64,000 bases of DNA, taken from NCBI GenBank assembly GCA_052327205.1, contig CM126207.1:24490001-24554000 (forward strand), in the 5' to 3' direction. This DNA comes from Somniosus microcephalus. Its lineage: Eukaryota. How positions within the stretch are numbered: position 1 is the first letter of the stretch; every line of letters starts with the position of its first letter. The translations under genes were made by a program, and so were the position numbers. The notes under the pieces were generated by a model. The model ran no database searches. It was not told the origin of the DNA and saw only the letters and a list, made by a program, of their open reading frames with translations. Shown one piece after another: positions 24,200 to 38,000 of this stretch.

Positions 24200-26022
24200 A
24201 GTCATTAAGCATAAGTAATTTAGATTTTTATTTTTTCCTCATTTAGTAATTTGCTATCAGAGCATCATCGAATGGAACGGATTTTTTAAAGTGAATGGGA
24301 ATTAAATAAGTAAAGGCACATAAAGAAAATCAGATTACATAAAATAAATTGTGTTCTTGTAAATTTAATTTCGCACTAAGTGGTTGGGTTTAGAACCATT
24401 GGTTATAATTCACAGTAAAGAACATAAATTAAAAATGATTTCAATTAATGCCAGCTATTAACGATTATAATTGCAAAATATGAAACCACGAAGGCCTCAG
24501 CTAATTGTAAAAACGCATATATGCATTTTTTGCCCCTCCCTATGGAAAAAAGTTTGAGAAATCTGTCACAATTGAATCTTTAAAAGGTGTTTGTAATTAT
24601 ACATAATTATATAGATATGTTTTAAATTCTGTGGCTTTCAAAAAAATGCAATGCTGATGGCAATATTTATCAGCGCACTTCCATAAACAAATGTGTCCAA
24701 AAAGGAGACATTATTCTTTCGCTAACTTCCTGTGAAGTCAGGCGGTTGTCTTTACACGACGCATCAATTAAATGGCCAGCGTTAATATTTATGTCGGAAG
24801 AGTAATCTTTTTTGCCCCTCTAATATTTTATGGCTGCTATTGCAAGCTCTGCAAAGTTAATTTAAAATATTATTATATAGTGATCCAAAATTTTGGTTTC
24901 ATAAATTTAGGTATGAATACTAATTACGCACTAAGCTAATATCAGCAGGGATGCTTTCATCCATCATTTTTATATCTCCAAAGGCACTTTTCTGATGGTT
25001 TAATAGAGACAATTCCAGCAAAGTAAAAATATGTATATATATTTTCACTCCGTTTCCTGGGTTATTTTATTCTGTGACGTGCAATAGTTTGCCGTTATGA
25101 ATAAAAATACTGAATGCAACGCACTGGATTTTGGAATCTTTAATATTGTAGGAAATGTTATGGAACAGTTTGTAAACTAGGTTTTACATACGAATGCATC
25201 TTTCATAAATATCGAATATCTGTAACACGTAATACCGGTAATTTACGTACATGCGGATAAATATGGAGATTGGGAATATATACATAAATTTATCGCAACT
25301 GCGAAGGCAATAAACAGATAAATTTCTTATTTTGCTTTAATATCAAGTCTTACATAAAACAAAGTTACATTTTAACACGGAGTTCCAAGCTTGCACTACG
25401 ATTTTTTTGACATAACAAGCAACACTTTGAACACTTCACTACTCCGACTGGACTTTGGGACGAAAGGTTTGCACTGGATACAAAAAGCACATTAATAACA
25501 ATAGTATCTGCTAGCTTTCTGACGCTCAGTTGAGACTGAAATACAAAGTAATTCACATTTTGGTACACATCGACTATAGTAACTTTTTTTTGCCATCCAT
25601 AAACAAATAATTGCATTTTTTCCAACCGTCGCCCAGATATGCAAATACCACGTTGACAAATCCCCTGTGATATGTCTATGTACAGGATTCAAACATTAGA
25701 CTCTTAAACTAGTAATTCTATATTTACAAAAAGGAAAGAATAAAAAGGCCGCTGCCATAGAACACATGCAATTTCAGAGCTTTATCAGTTCTTTCTTTAA
25801 ACCTAGCACTTGGCAATGGCTAGAGAAATAGCATCGTCCTACATGCATTTTAAGATTCGCTACTACACAACCTTTCAAAGGTTTTGATTTCTTCCTTTTT
25901 TTATTCCTTTCGGCGTCTATTGGCAGCTTTTTTTTTGTCTTTGATTCCTCGCGATCGTAACTTTGGAGTCTTTTTTGAAAAGTTTTTTGTATTTTTTTTT
26001 GTATTTTTTGATGTATGTTTAC
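24200..26022 (-). other. zic1: Zic1 3' UTR (distal end uncertain)
   Basis: AU-rich sequence after the stop codon; minus-strand AATAAA candidates near 25900, 25070 and 24230. Confidence 0.5.
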
Positions 26023-26220
26023 TTAAACGTACCATTCGTTAAAGTTCGATGAAAGCGTGCTGTGGTTGGATGTGTGGTGGACTGCAGAAGATGTTGGGGA
26101 CATTGAACTGTTGGTCTGGTTTTCTGTGGAGGGCGACACGATGGTGGGGGGTGTTGAGGACTCGTAGCCAGAACTTGCCGCAGGAGAAGGCTGTGACCCT
26201 TGAGAGGATGCTTCGTGGAC
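26023..26220 (-). CDS. zic1: Zic1 coding exon 3 ([30 protein letters not shown]...NFNEWYV*)
   Basis: TTTTTGTAG acceptor at 26221-26229; 198 nt ending in TAA at 26023-26025; characteristic Zic1 C-terminus. Not in the ORF track in this frame. Confidence 0.97.
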   Translation of the reverse strand, partial: VHEASSQGSQPSPAASSGYESSTPPTIVSPSTENQTNSSMSPTSSAVHHTSNHSTLSSNFNEWYV

Positions 26221-26580
26221 CTACAAAAACCATCCACCATGTAAAAAAACAGCCTTAAAGACAACTAGAGCGCTTGTGTGAGGCTTTGTAATAAATTTGT
26301 AAAATAGATATCTACACAATATACCGTTTAACATAACAAGGCCTTTCAAAAATTCTATCTAGATTTTTTTTTAATCTGTTGTGATATTCCAAAGTTTAAA
26401 GTAAACAAAGGTAGCAAAAATTGCCCGATACAATTTTTCATTGAGATGAAAGCTGTCAGAACTGTAAACGATGTTTAGGTTTGACCTGTGATAGAATAAA
26501 ATATATTGACCATACCAGGCTATAAAAGGGATACTGGCTCTTTAATGTAATGTGCACAGCGCTGAGCTGTCAGCTATTCA

Positions 26581-26904
<324 letters not shown>

Positions 26905-27687
26905 TTATATAAAACCCTAAAATTACGATTTAAAAAAAAAACTAAGCAAAGCAGCCATCATGAAAACAAACACTTATTTTGAATCACCCTTCCTCACCAA
27001 TCTACAACTATGCCTTGCACATCGCAGAAAACGGCAGCATTTTTTAAATATATGTCCATGCACACAGTTCGGAATATTATGAAGAATGAATAAGGCAAAT
27101 TAATAAATGTTGATTATTTGCTTAATTTATGATATGGACAGGGACTGGTTACACGATGTTGCAGCTGCCGTAGCGGCCTTACATGCATATATGAATGCTT
27201 ATTGCCCTTTTAAAATTGCAGTGGTAGGTTGAATAAAGTTGAAAATATGTACCAGAACAGTTGTAGGTTTCTATTTCTTATTTGTAATATTGTCCCTCTC
27301 TGATACAAGCATTGCTTCCATGATAGACTAATGTAGCCCTTGTAACGCAAACGCGGAAATAGCATTTAAAAAAAGACAACGGAAATGATTATTTGCTAAT
27401 TCTATTTACATTTTCGCTTTAATTAAACCGTTTCCAATTCTGTTTATTTAAAGTACGAGTTAGTGGACATCTCATGCAGTGAAGTGAATTGTTGCTAAGT
27501 GCCCCTGGAGGTTTTATAGTCGAGAAAGTGTTAAATCTCGACTTTGCAAAATCTTTACAACTACCTAACCACTATGTGTCATTAACATCGACATTGTTGT
27601 CGAGTGCTATTTTTTCACAAACGCATATTGTGAACCAAGTTTTAACAAGATTATGAGCTCTTGGGAGCCCAAAATATATGTGTTAAG

Positions 27688-27852
27688 GCATACACACACA
27701 TATATATATATATAATATATTCACACACACATAAAAATACGCGCACATATATTTACATGTATGTATACAACGTCTGCGTATCCGAAAGTTGATTTCGCAG
27801 TTATACATATACACGCACTTACATATATATATAATATATATAGAGAGAGATA
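27688..27852. repeat. Low-complexity (CA)/(TA)/(GA) tracts in Zic1 intron 1
   Basis: Visible mixed dinucleotide runs. Confidence 0.7.
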
Positions 27853-28364
27853 CAAATATGCAAACATAGAATGAGGCAGAGAAGAGGAAGCGAGGAATAA
27901 GAATATACTCAATTTGTTGGTTGTGAATTTATAACGAAACGAGGTAAACCAGCAACAGTGGGTATTTTTCCTCTTTAGATAAAATTAAGCTTAGTGATAA
28001 TTTAATTTAAAATAAACTTATCACAATATATTTGTAGGTTAACTATTTTCCGTCAATATTGGAATAATTAAGCATAGCGTCTAATGTTGTAGAATCGCAC
28101 ACAGTGTAATACATTTCTATATATATTTAAAGCAGCGCCCATAATTCCAGTATACAGAGCACAGAGAGTTAAGCAAAATCAAAATACTAAACATGTTAAT
28201 TTTATTCTGATATAAATATTTATCTGCACATGCATCTACAACACGTTTACTAAATAAATACTTGGAGTGTCCCATTTATTTAAAAATGAAAGTAAGATAG
28301 AAACGGCAATAAATGCTTCGCAGTATTTCATTTTCTCCCTCACTCTTTTAAATACAGTCACCAT

Positions 28365-28619
28365 ACCTGTGTGAGTTCTTTTGTGGATCTTGAGGTTTTC
28401 TGATCTGGCAAAGACTTTGCCGCAGCCAGGGAATGGACAGGGGAATGGTTTCTCGCCAGTGTGGACTCTGATGTGATTTACAAGTTTATATTTGGCTTTG
28501 AAAGGCTTTCCCTCTCTTGGACACTCTTCCCAGAAGCAGATATGGTTCGACTGCTCTGGTCCCCCAACGTGTTCCACTGTTACGTGAGTAACCAGTTCGT
28601 GCATCGTGCTAAAAGTTTT
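28365..28619 (-). repeat. Left arm of a 255-bp near-perfect inverted repeat (partner 42940-43194)
   Basis: Manual alignment of the reverse complement against 42940-43194 gives 251/255 identity with no indels. Confidence 0.95.
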
Positions 28620-29342
28620 GTTGCAAGATTTTTTAGGATTCGTCAACTGTTCGGGCTCTACCCATTTACATATGAGTTCTTGCTTAATGGGCTGCCTCAT
28701 ATAACGAAAGAAGGCCCCGGCCCCATGGTGGGCCGCCATGTTCATGTTCATGGGGCCATAGCTGTGTAGCTGGGTCGAGGCGTAGTGGTCCGATCTGGGA
28801 CTAGTGACCTGGCTGTATTGGTCTGCTCTGCCATACATGTCCCCAGAAAAGCCTAAGCGCATTTGGCCGTTCATTACATGTGCATTGGGAGAAGCGTGGG
28901 TCGTCGCCTGCTCGTGAAGCCCCGGGAAGAGTAGGTGCCCCGCAGCGTCAGTATGTCCATGGGGTCCCGCAAAACTGCCCGCAGCCGCCGCCGAAGCGAA
29001 CAGGCTGTGCCCGGCGCTGGCTGCCGCCGCTTCCCCAAAGCCCCGATTGCGAAACAAAAAGTCCCGGGTCGAGTTGAACGCCGCGCTGCTGTACGAACTC
29101 ACATGGCTGGGATGGTGACCTAGAGCCGCGGCGTAGCCTGGAGCCTGCGACGTGAAGGCAGTTTGACCCGATGCGAGATCGTGAGTGCTGGGGCTGATTT
29201 TAAAAGCACCCATCCCGTCAGCGAAAGGATTTATCCCCAGCCCCACTTCTCGATCGTTGACATCGCCTGTTGAGTGATGTCGGGATGATCCGAAGGTAGT
29301 CACTCCTAGAGTAGGATATTGAGGTCCAGCGTCCAGAAGCAT
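28367..29342 (-). CDS. zic1: Zic1 coding exon 1 (N-terminus, ZOC box, ZF-NC, zinc fingers 1-3); spliced protein 445 aa
   Basis: Starts [10 protein letters not shown] at ATG 29342; [10 protein letters not shown] (ZOC), [14 protein letters not shown] (ZF-NC); phase-1 GTATGG donor after HTG; 976+164+198=1338 nt. Confidence 0.98.
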
Positions 29343-29689
29343 CGTCTGGCGATGGGGGTGGAGAAGGAATAATGATACAAAATAAAGAAAAGCAAGCGAC
29401 AAAGATCTCACAACGAAACTTGCTTAATATAAAATAGTCTCTGAGTCTGTTTGGAGGACTTGCAAAAACTCCTTATTTTTCTTTCTCCCTCTTCTCTCTT
29501 CGGCGTGTGGGAATTTGCTGGAGATATTTTTCCCCCTCTGCAAACGCAAATCATGCAATATTGTCTTTTGCGGTTTATCTTCCTGGGGAGAAACTTTCAC
29601 CTCGTCAGCCGGGCGGTGAGCTCGAGAATGATAGCGGCAATCATTCCTGCAGATAAATGAATTGAAAAGACAACACCATCCCCTTGATG

Positions 29690-29880
29690 AATGGGAGTTG
29701 GGGGAGGAGTCACGTGGCGCTCGGCGTCTATGCCCATTGGCCAGCCCCGCGCTGCCCCGTTGCGCCCTGCCGCCAATCAACGGCCCGCGGCGCTCGTCCC
29801 GCCTCCTGATTGGCCCGCGCGCCTCATCAATCCCAGGTATTGTGCGCGCCTGACAGTCGCTCCTGATAAATTATTGTCGA
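29690..29880 (-). promoter_or_regulatory. zic1: Zic1 proximal promoter (CpG-rich, CCAAT boxes, E-box)
   Basis: CACGTG at 29711-29716; three CCAAT/ATTGG boxes between ~29735 and 29815; GC boxes; 350-500 nt upstream of the ATG. Confidence 0.7.
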
Positions 29881-32800
29881 GTCCAGATTTTCTTTCTTTT
29901 TCTCTTCTCTCTTTTTTTTAATATAATATGGAAAGAGGAGGGGGGGGGAAGGGGGGTGGGGGGAGAGAGAGAGAGAACTGAAGAAAAACTCTTGTCTTCT
30001 TCGACTTCACAATTCAGTCACCCCTTGTCAGACTGTTTGAAATTCGTTAATGTGCCACAACTCCAGACGAGAAAAAAAGCGGGCGGCTTCCTTTGTTGTT
30101 CAGTAGCTTTTTGATCGCCGGTGAAAATTCACTTACCCAGATGAGTGAGCAAAAAGAGAAAGAACACTCTTTTGAATTGGGTTAGGAAAATGCATATGTT
30201 TGGATTCAGTACAAACATACAACACTTGGTTGTTTTCGAGACGAAACCCTTGATTAACCTGTCTTTCCCCATGTAAAAGGCGATTGAAAACATCTTGCTT
30301 GGGCCTTTTTTTTCCATGGTGACAATGAATTGCTCTATACATATCTATAGGCTCTCAAACAATTGCAGAATAGCTGCAAGTAAGGATTCCCCCCCTTTTT
30401 TAAAAAAAAGGTTTGGTGCTCTTTTCATTGATTGCGAACAAAGAAAGAGAAAAATGGTTTATGAATACTCAGCTAAGAAAAATGTAGCTCCTTCCCACGT
30501 CATGTTTTAGTTTATACCTTGCCATTCACAACCCCAAATTTGTTAAAGTCCATCTTCTGTGTTTCTGTAAAGTAATTTAATTATTTACGTGAGGCCAACG
30601 GTTTGCATATTCATTAAGTCTAATTATATTCTAGTAATAGAAACGTAAAAAGCCAACAAAGAATCGGAATCGTTCAATTTACCTTTTGTTCACCACTTCA
30701 ATGAGCTTCCTTGAAGCTAAATCTGTGTGTTAAAGTCTTATTTTATAACAAAGAAGCTTTACCGCATCCTTTAATAATTATCTCCGTTAGTAAACCATCA
30801 CTTTGGAAGGACACTGATTGAAATAGTTGTCTTGTTTCCTCAACCCCCGCCCCTTCCCAATTCAGCCTTTTCTTATCGAAAAACATATTTACACGAACAC
30901 TTGTGCTCGCTTACTTTTTTTAGCTAATACTTTTTAAAGGTTTTCATATAAAGGTACAACAGGTTAACTTCGAAAAAGGGTTTTCGCGCGCGAAGGTATT
31001 GGCGTAAGTGAAAGTGCCGGCGGTTTAAATGACTACCTTCCGACGTTCTACGGCAGCGAAGTTCCAGTTATATTTAACAGCAGCGTTATTGTCCAAGGAA
31101 ACAAGTTTATCATTAAATGTTAGGAAGCTGAGGGACAATGTACACGCGGGGACCTTGTAGCTGCAAAGAATTTAAAGCGGGTGCCTCTTGAGTGCATATT
31201 CCCAGTTCACGACAATTTGGGGCTGTATGCTTACTTTGCCGCAACAATACCAGGCGGTGTGGATGTTTAATAGAGAATTGCAAATGTAGATTTTAGATGC
31301 TTTAATGATCTAGAATTGTCTTATGCGAGGGTATCTGTTATAGTTAATCTGACTTATCCGATGCAATAGATCCCACGCTTGTTGTGCACATAATGAAATG
31401 TTATTTTTCTGCTTTAGTCGTGTACTCTGCACCCGAAGAATTAAATGGAACGTGATATTGTCTTGCTGAGTGATTACAATAGCTAACATCATAGCATTAC
31501 TTTAAATGATGCAATATACTGAAAACATGGATATTAAAATCACAGCAGTCAAGTAGCAGAGGCTGGAGTAATTTGATTCAAAAAGATTTACTGCTCATTG
31601 AAAGAGTGTGCAAATTCTAAAGGGACACTTTAAGAGTATGAAAAGTAAACGTTTCCCATCGCATAATCTTTAGGCTACATCTCCAAATATACAAAGAAGG
31701 GCTGATTTTAAAAGTTGTGGGATGGTAGAAGTTATCAAGTGGGATTTGCGGCGCTCTCCGCAGGAAACGCAGGCTGCTTGAGTTCAAAGCCACATGCACC
31801 GACGTGACATATAAGCCATTAAAATATCATCCTGACGGCTCATTTCTGCTTCATCATACATTCCCTAACTGCTTCCAGAAACCTTGAAAAGGCGAAATGA
31901 AGAATGACTACCTAGTCAGAGCTACAAAGTAGATTTTTTTTTACTTCGAAGTTACCTGAATTAAAAGATCGAAGACATCTTCTTCAACAGGTGGAGGACG
32001 GTAAGAGAGGCACGTGTATTCAAGTGACTTTTACTAAACGACTCCTGACCTCTGAATTTCCATCATCTTTCATGTAAATGCAATTGACTAAAAAGAGAAT
32101 AGAGATATCAGTCAGATTTTTGTTTCCTCAGAATAGCCCTTGTCAGGGGCCATCATGTTCTAATAAAAACAAAACTAGGTGCGAGTGGCTCTGAATTATG
32201 CATTTCCATTCGAATGCACTTGTGTGTACCGATATTATCCCTCGGATTGTTTTCAGTCGATGGATAGCAAAGCATTTAGTTGTTCTGTGAAGGGAGGGTG
32301 GGGGGGGGGACATTTGCCTCGGGGTTGAAGTGTTAGTTTACAAAAGGAATTGTTTTTACTTGATTTAAAATTCTGGCTATTTTCATTGAGTCTAATTTAA
32401 AATTTAAATTTGATTTATAACTTGAAACGAAGTTAATCTTTCAATCGTTTATTTGCGACTAATATGTATGAACTGTTGCTCTCGTTAAAGTGCAGTTTTA
32501 CTTGTACGTGCACTTGCACCTAGAATTGTTTTATGCGCGAATGTATGTTTGAGTACAGTGGAAGCTCTTCAAAAAGTGCGCTGAGCAACGCGTGTCCTTT
32601 ATCCGCGTTCTCCTGTTAAGCAAATGCTTTAGAATATTGAGGTAATGAATTGATGTTTGCGTCCACGCTCCCTTTAAACACATATTCCCATTAACGGAAT
32701 GCCATTTAAGTGAATTCAATTGTAATGCAAAAGTTATCTTGCAAATTTGTTCCTGATGACTGACCCCAGCACCGCATATTTAATTGATACCTTTTTTTAG

Positions 32801-34927
32801 ACATGATTTTACGCATTATTTGAAATGCCCTGATACTAAATGCCACTGTAGAGTCAGGATTCTTTGTATACCGTTTCCGTGTGTTAGATACCGTTTCGTT
32901 TCTTATACTTATCCCTATTAAAACTGATTCGAATGAAGTTAGTCAGTTGGCTTTTGCGCGCTAGGATAGCTCTGATGTCGCCGACTTTTGAAATACCATA
33001 TCGTTTGACCCCTGACCCGTGACCGACCACATGTGCCAGAGCCACACAATGCCACATAATGCATACCTTCGAAAATATTAGCTGTGCTGAAAGTAAAGTC
33101 ACTGACCAAAGTTGGAAACAATAGTTCAAAATATAAGTGCTCTTTATTTTGACCAGCAAACGGATTGTATATTTTTTTCCTATTATCACGTTGATATAAA
33201 TCTGTCCTATAGTTATATCCACAATAGGGGTTCCAGTGGTGAGTGCTTCAATGATTTGTTTCTTTATTGTGTGTTTTTTTTAAACTTTCTTTTCTTATTA
33301 TTCATGCAACCGAGATTATGTATGATTTGTACACTTGCACTGAAAAAAAAACCTCAACAAAGCAAACCCAAATTTCAGCTCGTATTCCAGCGATGCCTGG
33401 GCAAACTCAAGTATTAACTGTGAGTTAAAATAGCACCCAACGCCTCGCATTTAAACAGATTATTATACTTCCGATTAGGCAGACACGCGCATTTCGAGTA
33501 TTTTATTTCAAGCAGCCCATGACTTTGAATTAAAATTCCAACTGCCAAAGGTTTGTGTTAGAAACTTTGGGGGGTGGGGGGAAGTTTTGAAGGTCACCCT
33601 TGCCTTTACCCATTATCCGCTTGCCCGCCTTGAGATCTGTGCCTCACATCACCGTTAGAGATTTGATTGGTATTTGGGGCGATGTGTTCAGACAGAGCTA
33701 TTTCCATTTTCTGAAATTATTTCCAACATATATAAAAAGTAATATTCCCATGTGAATTTCGCGTTACAATCTTTATAGGTATTTTACCCAACGTGTTGGA
33801 GTGTCCCGAGTTTGAAATAAAAGATTCTGACACTAATTCCTCTATCTTTTTACTGAATTTATTCACGGGCGTTTAAAGATTACGCAAAATGTTAAAACCT
33901 AGAGAATTCTACATTTTAGGGAGGACAAACTTTTTGTATCCTTGTTTTCCCCTGTTCGGACGTCTGTGGAACAGTAACCCTAACAGAGGCTATGATCACA
34001 TTGGAAATACGCGTGTTTTTGTTGAAATGTATATTTTCGATTTTAAAAAAGCTACCGTAAAGTATATCAGGACACAAATGCTTTCACGTTGTACCCGAAA
34101 ATTTAGCAGGTTTGGGGGATTGGGGGGGGGGGGGGGGGGACGAGTTCGTGAGGACTATCTCGGGCCAAACTATCAGCAGCTGTAGTTAAGTTTAAAGTTA
34201 AGGAGACAAATCTACAGCAAGAACTGAAACGTCACAAATATATCCTGCAAATAATATGGTATTGGGCCAAATAAAATTCGAGAAAAAAAATGTAAGCAAC
34301 ATAACTGAAAAAATAGGAAGCCATGCCTACTATGGCGGTTTTTGATCAATAATTTCTTCTGGAAAATATTACGTTCACACAGTAATCATTTTTTTTAGTA
34401 TTACTAGATGCATGCTATACACAAGTAGCCTTTCAACTGTTCAACAGGACAAAGGTTCGCCCCATTAGATTTGTCCAGGTATCCACTGCGACGCTATGAT
34501 TCCGTTCTTGTAGCATAAAACCTGACTAGAAGAAATTGAAACTAAAAATATAAGCGAACCGTGTCATTTTGTCAGTCTTATTATTTATTAAAAGAACATC
34601 TGTATCCTTAAAGCACACGCCCAACAACTTTCAACGTTGCTTCATTGGAATCGCTTGGTCTATCTATTTAGTTATCTGGCTATTTATTTACCTGGCTATT
34701 TATTTATCTGCAACATTGTACCAAAAAAAGTTACTACGACTGCACTTTTTTTTAGGTTGTCAAACATCCCATGGTGTTGCTGGCGCTGTCTGAGGTATGT
34801 GTAATTTAACGGAATGGACGTATCTTGGAATAAAGTGCAGACTCTTAAAAATTACACTTACAGTGAAAGATGACGCTGCACTGGGTATTTTGCAGGTCTG
34901 TGTATTTTTTTAAACTGCTACAGATGC

Positions 34928-35092
34928 ACGCACACACACATACACACACATAAACACACTCATACATACACATATACACTCACACACACACAAATATACA
35001 CTCACACACATAAACACACTCACATACAAATGCACACACACACACTCACACACACACATGCATACACATAGACACACTCACATACACACACA
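34928..35092. repeat. Degenerate (CA)n microsatellite
   Basis: Visible ~165-bp CA-rich tract. Confidence 0.92.
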
Positions 35093-38000
35093 AAATCATG
35101 CTTCAAAAATAGAGTTGCTCGTCACAGTTTTTTGGGAATTTCTTTCCATCGACCTAATTTAAAATCGTGACTGTGTACAAGTTAAAATATAGGCATCGCC
35201 AGTTCCAATACAGGTGCGACGTTTAACATCATCGAATGATTAACTTGCAGCTAACTTAGAAATTACACTCACTGAAATCCAGGCTTGCATGTGACTGAAT
35301 CAATTGTTCATCATATTCGAATTCCCGCAATTATATTTAAAACCACTGTTTATACTAAACGAATGTAATGGGTTGTTTCAGGTCTTACCATGGCATCATT
35401 GCACTCTCAATAATATACCAAGGAAGTAAAAGTTGTAATTTGCTCACTTGGTAAGTTATTGGCACAAAAGTTTATATTATCTTCTGAATAAATATGAATA
35501 CGGTGAGGTCTGTGTAACCGCAATCGTTGCCTGACGAGACTATCAGTATAAAAAAACACTTACCTATGGAATTAGGATCAAACATAAACATTTTAAAAGG
35601 CACTGGGACCTCTCTTAACTCGTGGTTTTCAACCTCCAGTCTGTATCGTTGTCACTTACAGTGTTTTATGTGGTCGCATACTGTACAAATTAGTGACAGT
35701 ACATCCCACAAGCAGCTGTTTGCTGTAGTTCAATGTTCTCTGCGTGGCAGTACTAGAATTAATATTTGACGACCATCGCATTGTAACAACAACCTTCGAC
35801 CCGGTGTGCTTGGAATGCCACATTATTCTATGACACTTGCTTTCTTTAATTCATTTACGGACGATTTGAGTGTAATGAAAGTTGGAAGCGTATTTGGATC
35901 AATTTAAGACTGAGGCTTTGATCTCTTTGATGGGTTTCTACCCGCTTATAAGTCTCGGGGTTACAGGTATCAACATTGCAGTGTTTAATCACAGCCACAT
36001 CCACTCGGACCGTATCAGAAAAGCTTTCCAAATTTACAAACTGTTTAACAACGATAGAGAGGTAATGTACAGAAGTTAGCAGAAATATATCTGTCGGTTT
36101 ACTGTCGCCAAAACTAGTTGCTTGTGAAAAGCTGGCAGGAGGAATGGCCACAACTTTGAAAGTGTATTTCTTTTCCTCACAATCGTTCTGTATTTACACC
36201 GTGAGAAGACAGCCGCATAACTTGTGGACCCATTTAAAACTAAAGCTATCACAGCATTAATATTTTCTGGCAATACCAATAAGGATATCGCTCAAATTTG
36301 TAGACTTCACAAGTATATTTTTTGTAAACTGGTCTGTTGTTGTAAAATATTTAAAATATTCGCAAAGATAGTGCTTTGCATTCGTTACACAAATACAACG
36401 GCGAGTTTAAACGTGCTTCTTGTTAGAGTAACCATTCTGCATTGATACAATCGTGTGCATATTATATAGAATGAATGGTGCAAGTTGTCTTGTTTCTAGT
36501 TTCTTTCCCTAGCACTTTAGAGTTCCAGCCATACACTGGTTATAGGGGACACAGACCACGATGGCTATCTCCGCGATCAGCGTAGCAGGTAAATGAACGA
36601 GTCATATGGTATCTGTTTCTGAAATGGAATTGTGTTTGAAATCTCGCAATATCCTATATTATTGAGGTTCTATGTGCAGTACGTTTACGTTGCGGCGATA
36701 CTAAAGGTGTAACTGGTGACCTTAAATGAACTATAACTAGAGGTGTATATAGGGTCCCCAGTTTTCTCTGCCATGGTGATAACTTGTTATCACACCCTAA
36801 CTTCCTTCGATGGGAGAAAGTGTAAAGCATAGTGAAACAAATGCTTGCTTCCGTCTAGTATCTCATGCCTGTAGAATACGACTACACTGCCTCGATACAG
36901 GTTTCCTAGCCTTTTATTACTTAAATTGTTATTACAAATATATAATAGCATTTTTTTATTTTAAAGCTGACGTTTGCAACATTGCACGTGTGCAAAGCAG
37001 GTATGATGTCGTTACTGAAGCATTGTCCAGGCAAAACCAAACAATGCAATCAATAGGTGCTGCTTGAAGAATACTTTCAATAATGTCATTAACCAACCAA
37101 CAGTCTAACGGTTATTGGTACATAACATTAACATCGTCAGTTACTAGGGGGAGGGGTCTCTATGCGGCATCATATATAGGGCAAGTACAGAATAAACATT
37201 TTTTTAAAGGGAATAAATCGGCAATACAGTAAAGGTAAAGCGTAACCCTGCTTTCAGTTCTTTAACTTGCACCACACTGATGATGCTAATTAACCGCAGT
37301 GTATCATTCAGTATGTTATAGTTACTACGTTTCTTTAATCTGGGATAGTTTTCTTGTTTAATTCTTGTTTCTTAATAGGAACTGTTTGCATATTTTGCAC
37401 ATAAACATGCTACACGACTTTTTCTGAATCAAAATTCTTTAACTAAATATTTACAAATGCATCTCGATGAAGGCAGAATGCACCGAATTCTAGCAACATA
37501 TATGATTACTAATGTAAATCACACACAGCTTGTGTGTGTGGAGTCAATCCTAGCAATTCATAAACTAGCCCATTCTATTTTGCGTTTTTGTAAATGTTAT
37601 TGCAGGTTTCATGTTCCTCGATTTTATTTTAAGTCCTTTTTTGGATGATTGAATGGGGAAATCATATCCCTTCCCCAGAAATGTAATTGGATCATAGTAT
37701 TTGTTGACAACGTTCTCAGATTAAACCTTATGATTTAAACTGCAAACATGCACAAACCCATACACATACAACCAAGGCAAATTAATCTGTAGTAAAAATG
37801 AAGTATTTCCTTGTTCATTACGCTAAACGTTTGGTGGGAGGGTTGAAAGGTACAAGTATAACGCATGGAATCTTGGGAATCTAAATAACGAGGCTTCTAA
37901 GCTGTTTTTTCAAATCGAGTTTGTGATTAAAAAGGGCTTATGAAAATATTGCATTAAAACAACGCCAGAGTTGAGCTTCAGTAAAAAGAAAGGGGTTTCC

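Noticed and set aside
28461-29123. Antisense ORFs over Zic1 exon 1 (likewise 42190-42781 over Zic4)
   Set aside because: Shadow frames of real coding sequence.
28236-29411. ORF-track boundaries for Zic1 (23-aa N-terminal extension, intronic C-terminus)
   Set aside because: The extension uses a non-ATG start; the conserved start is ATG 29342 and the exon ends at the donor at 28366.
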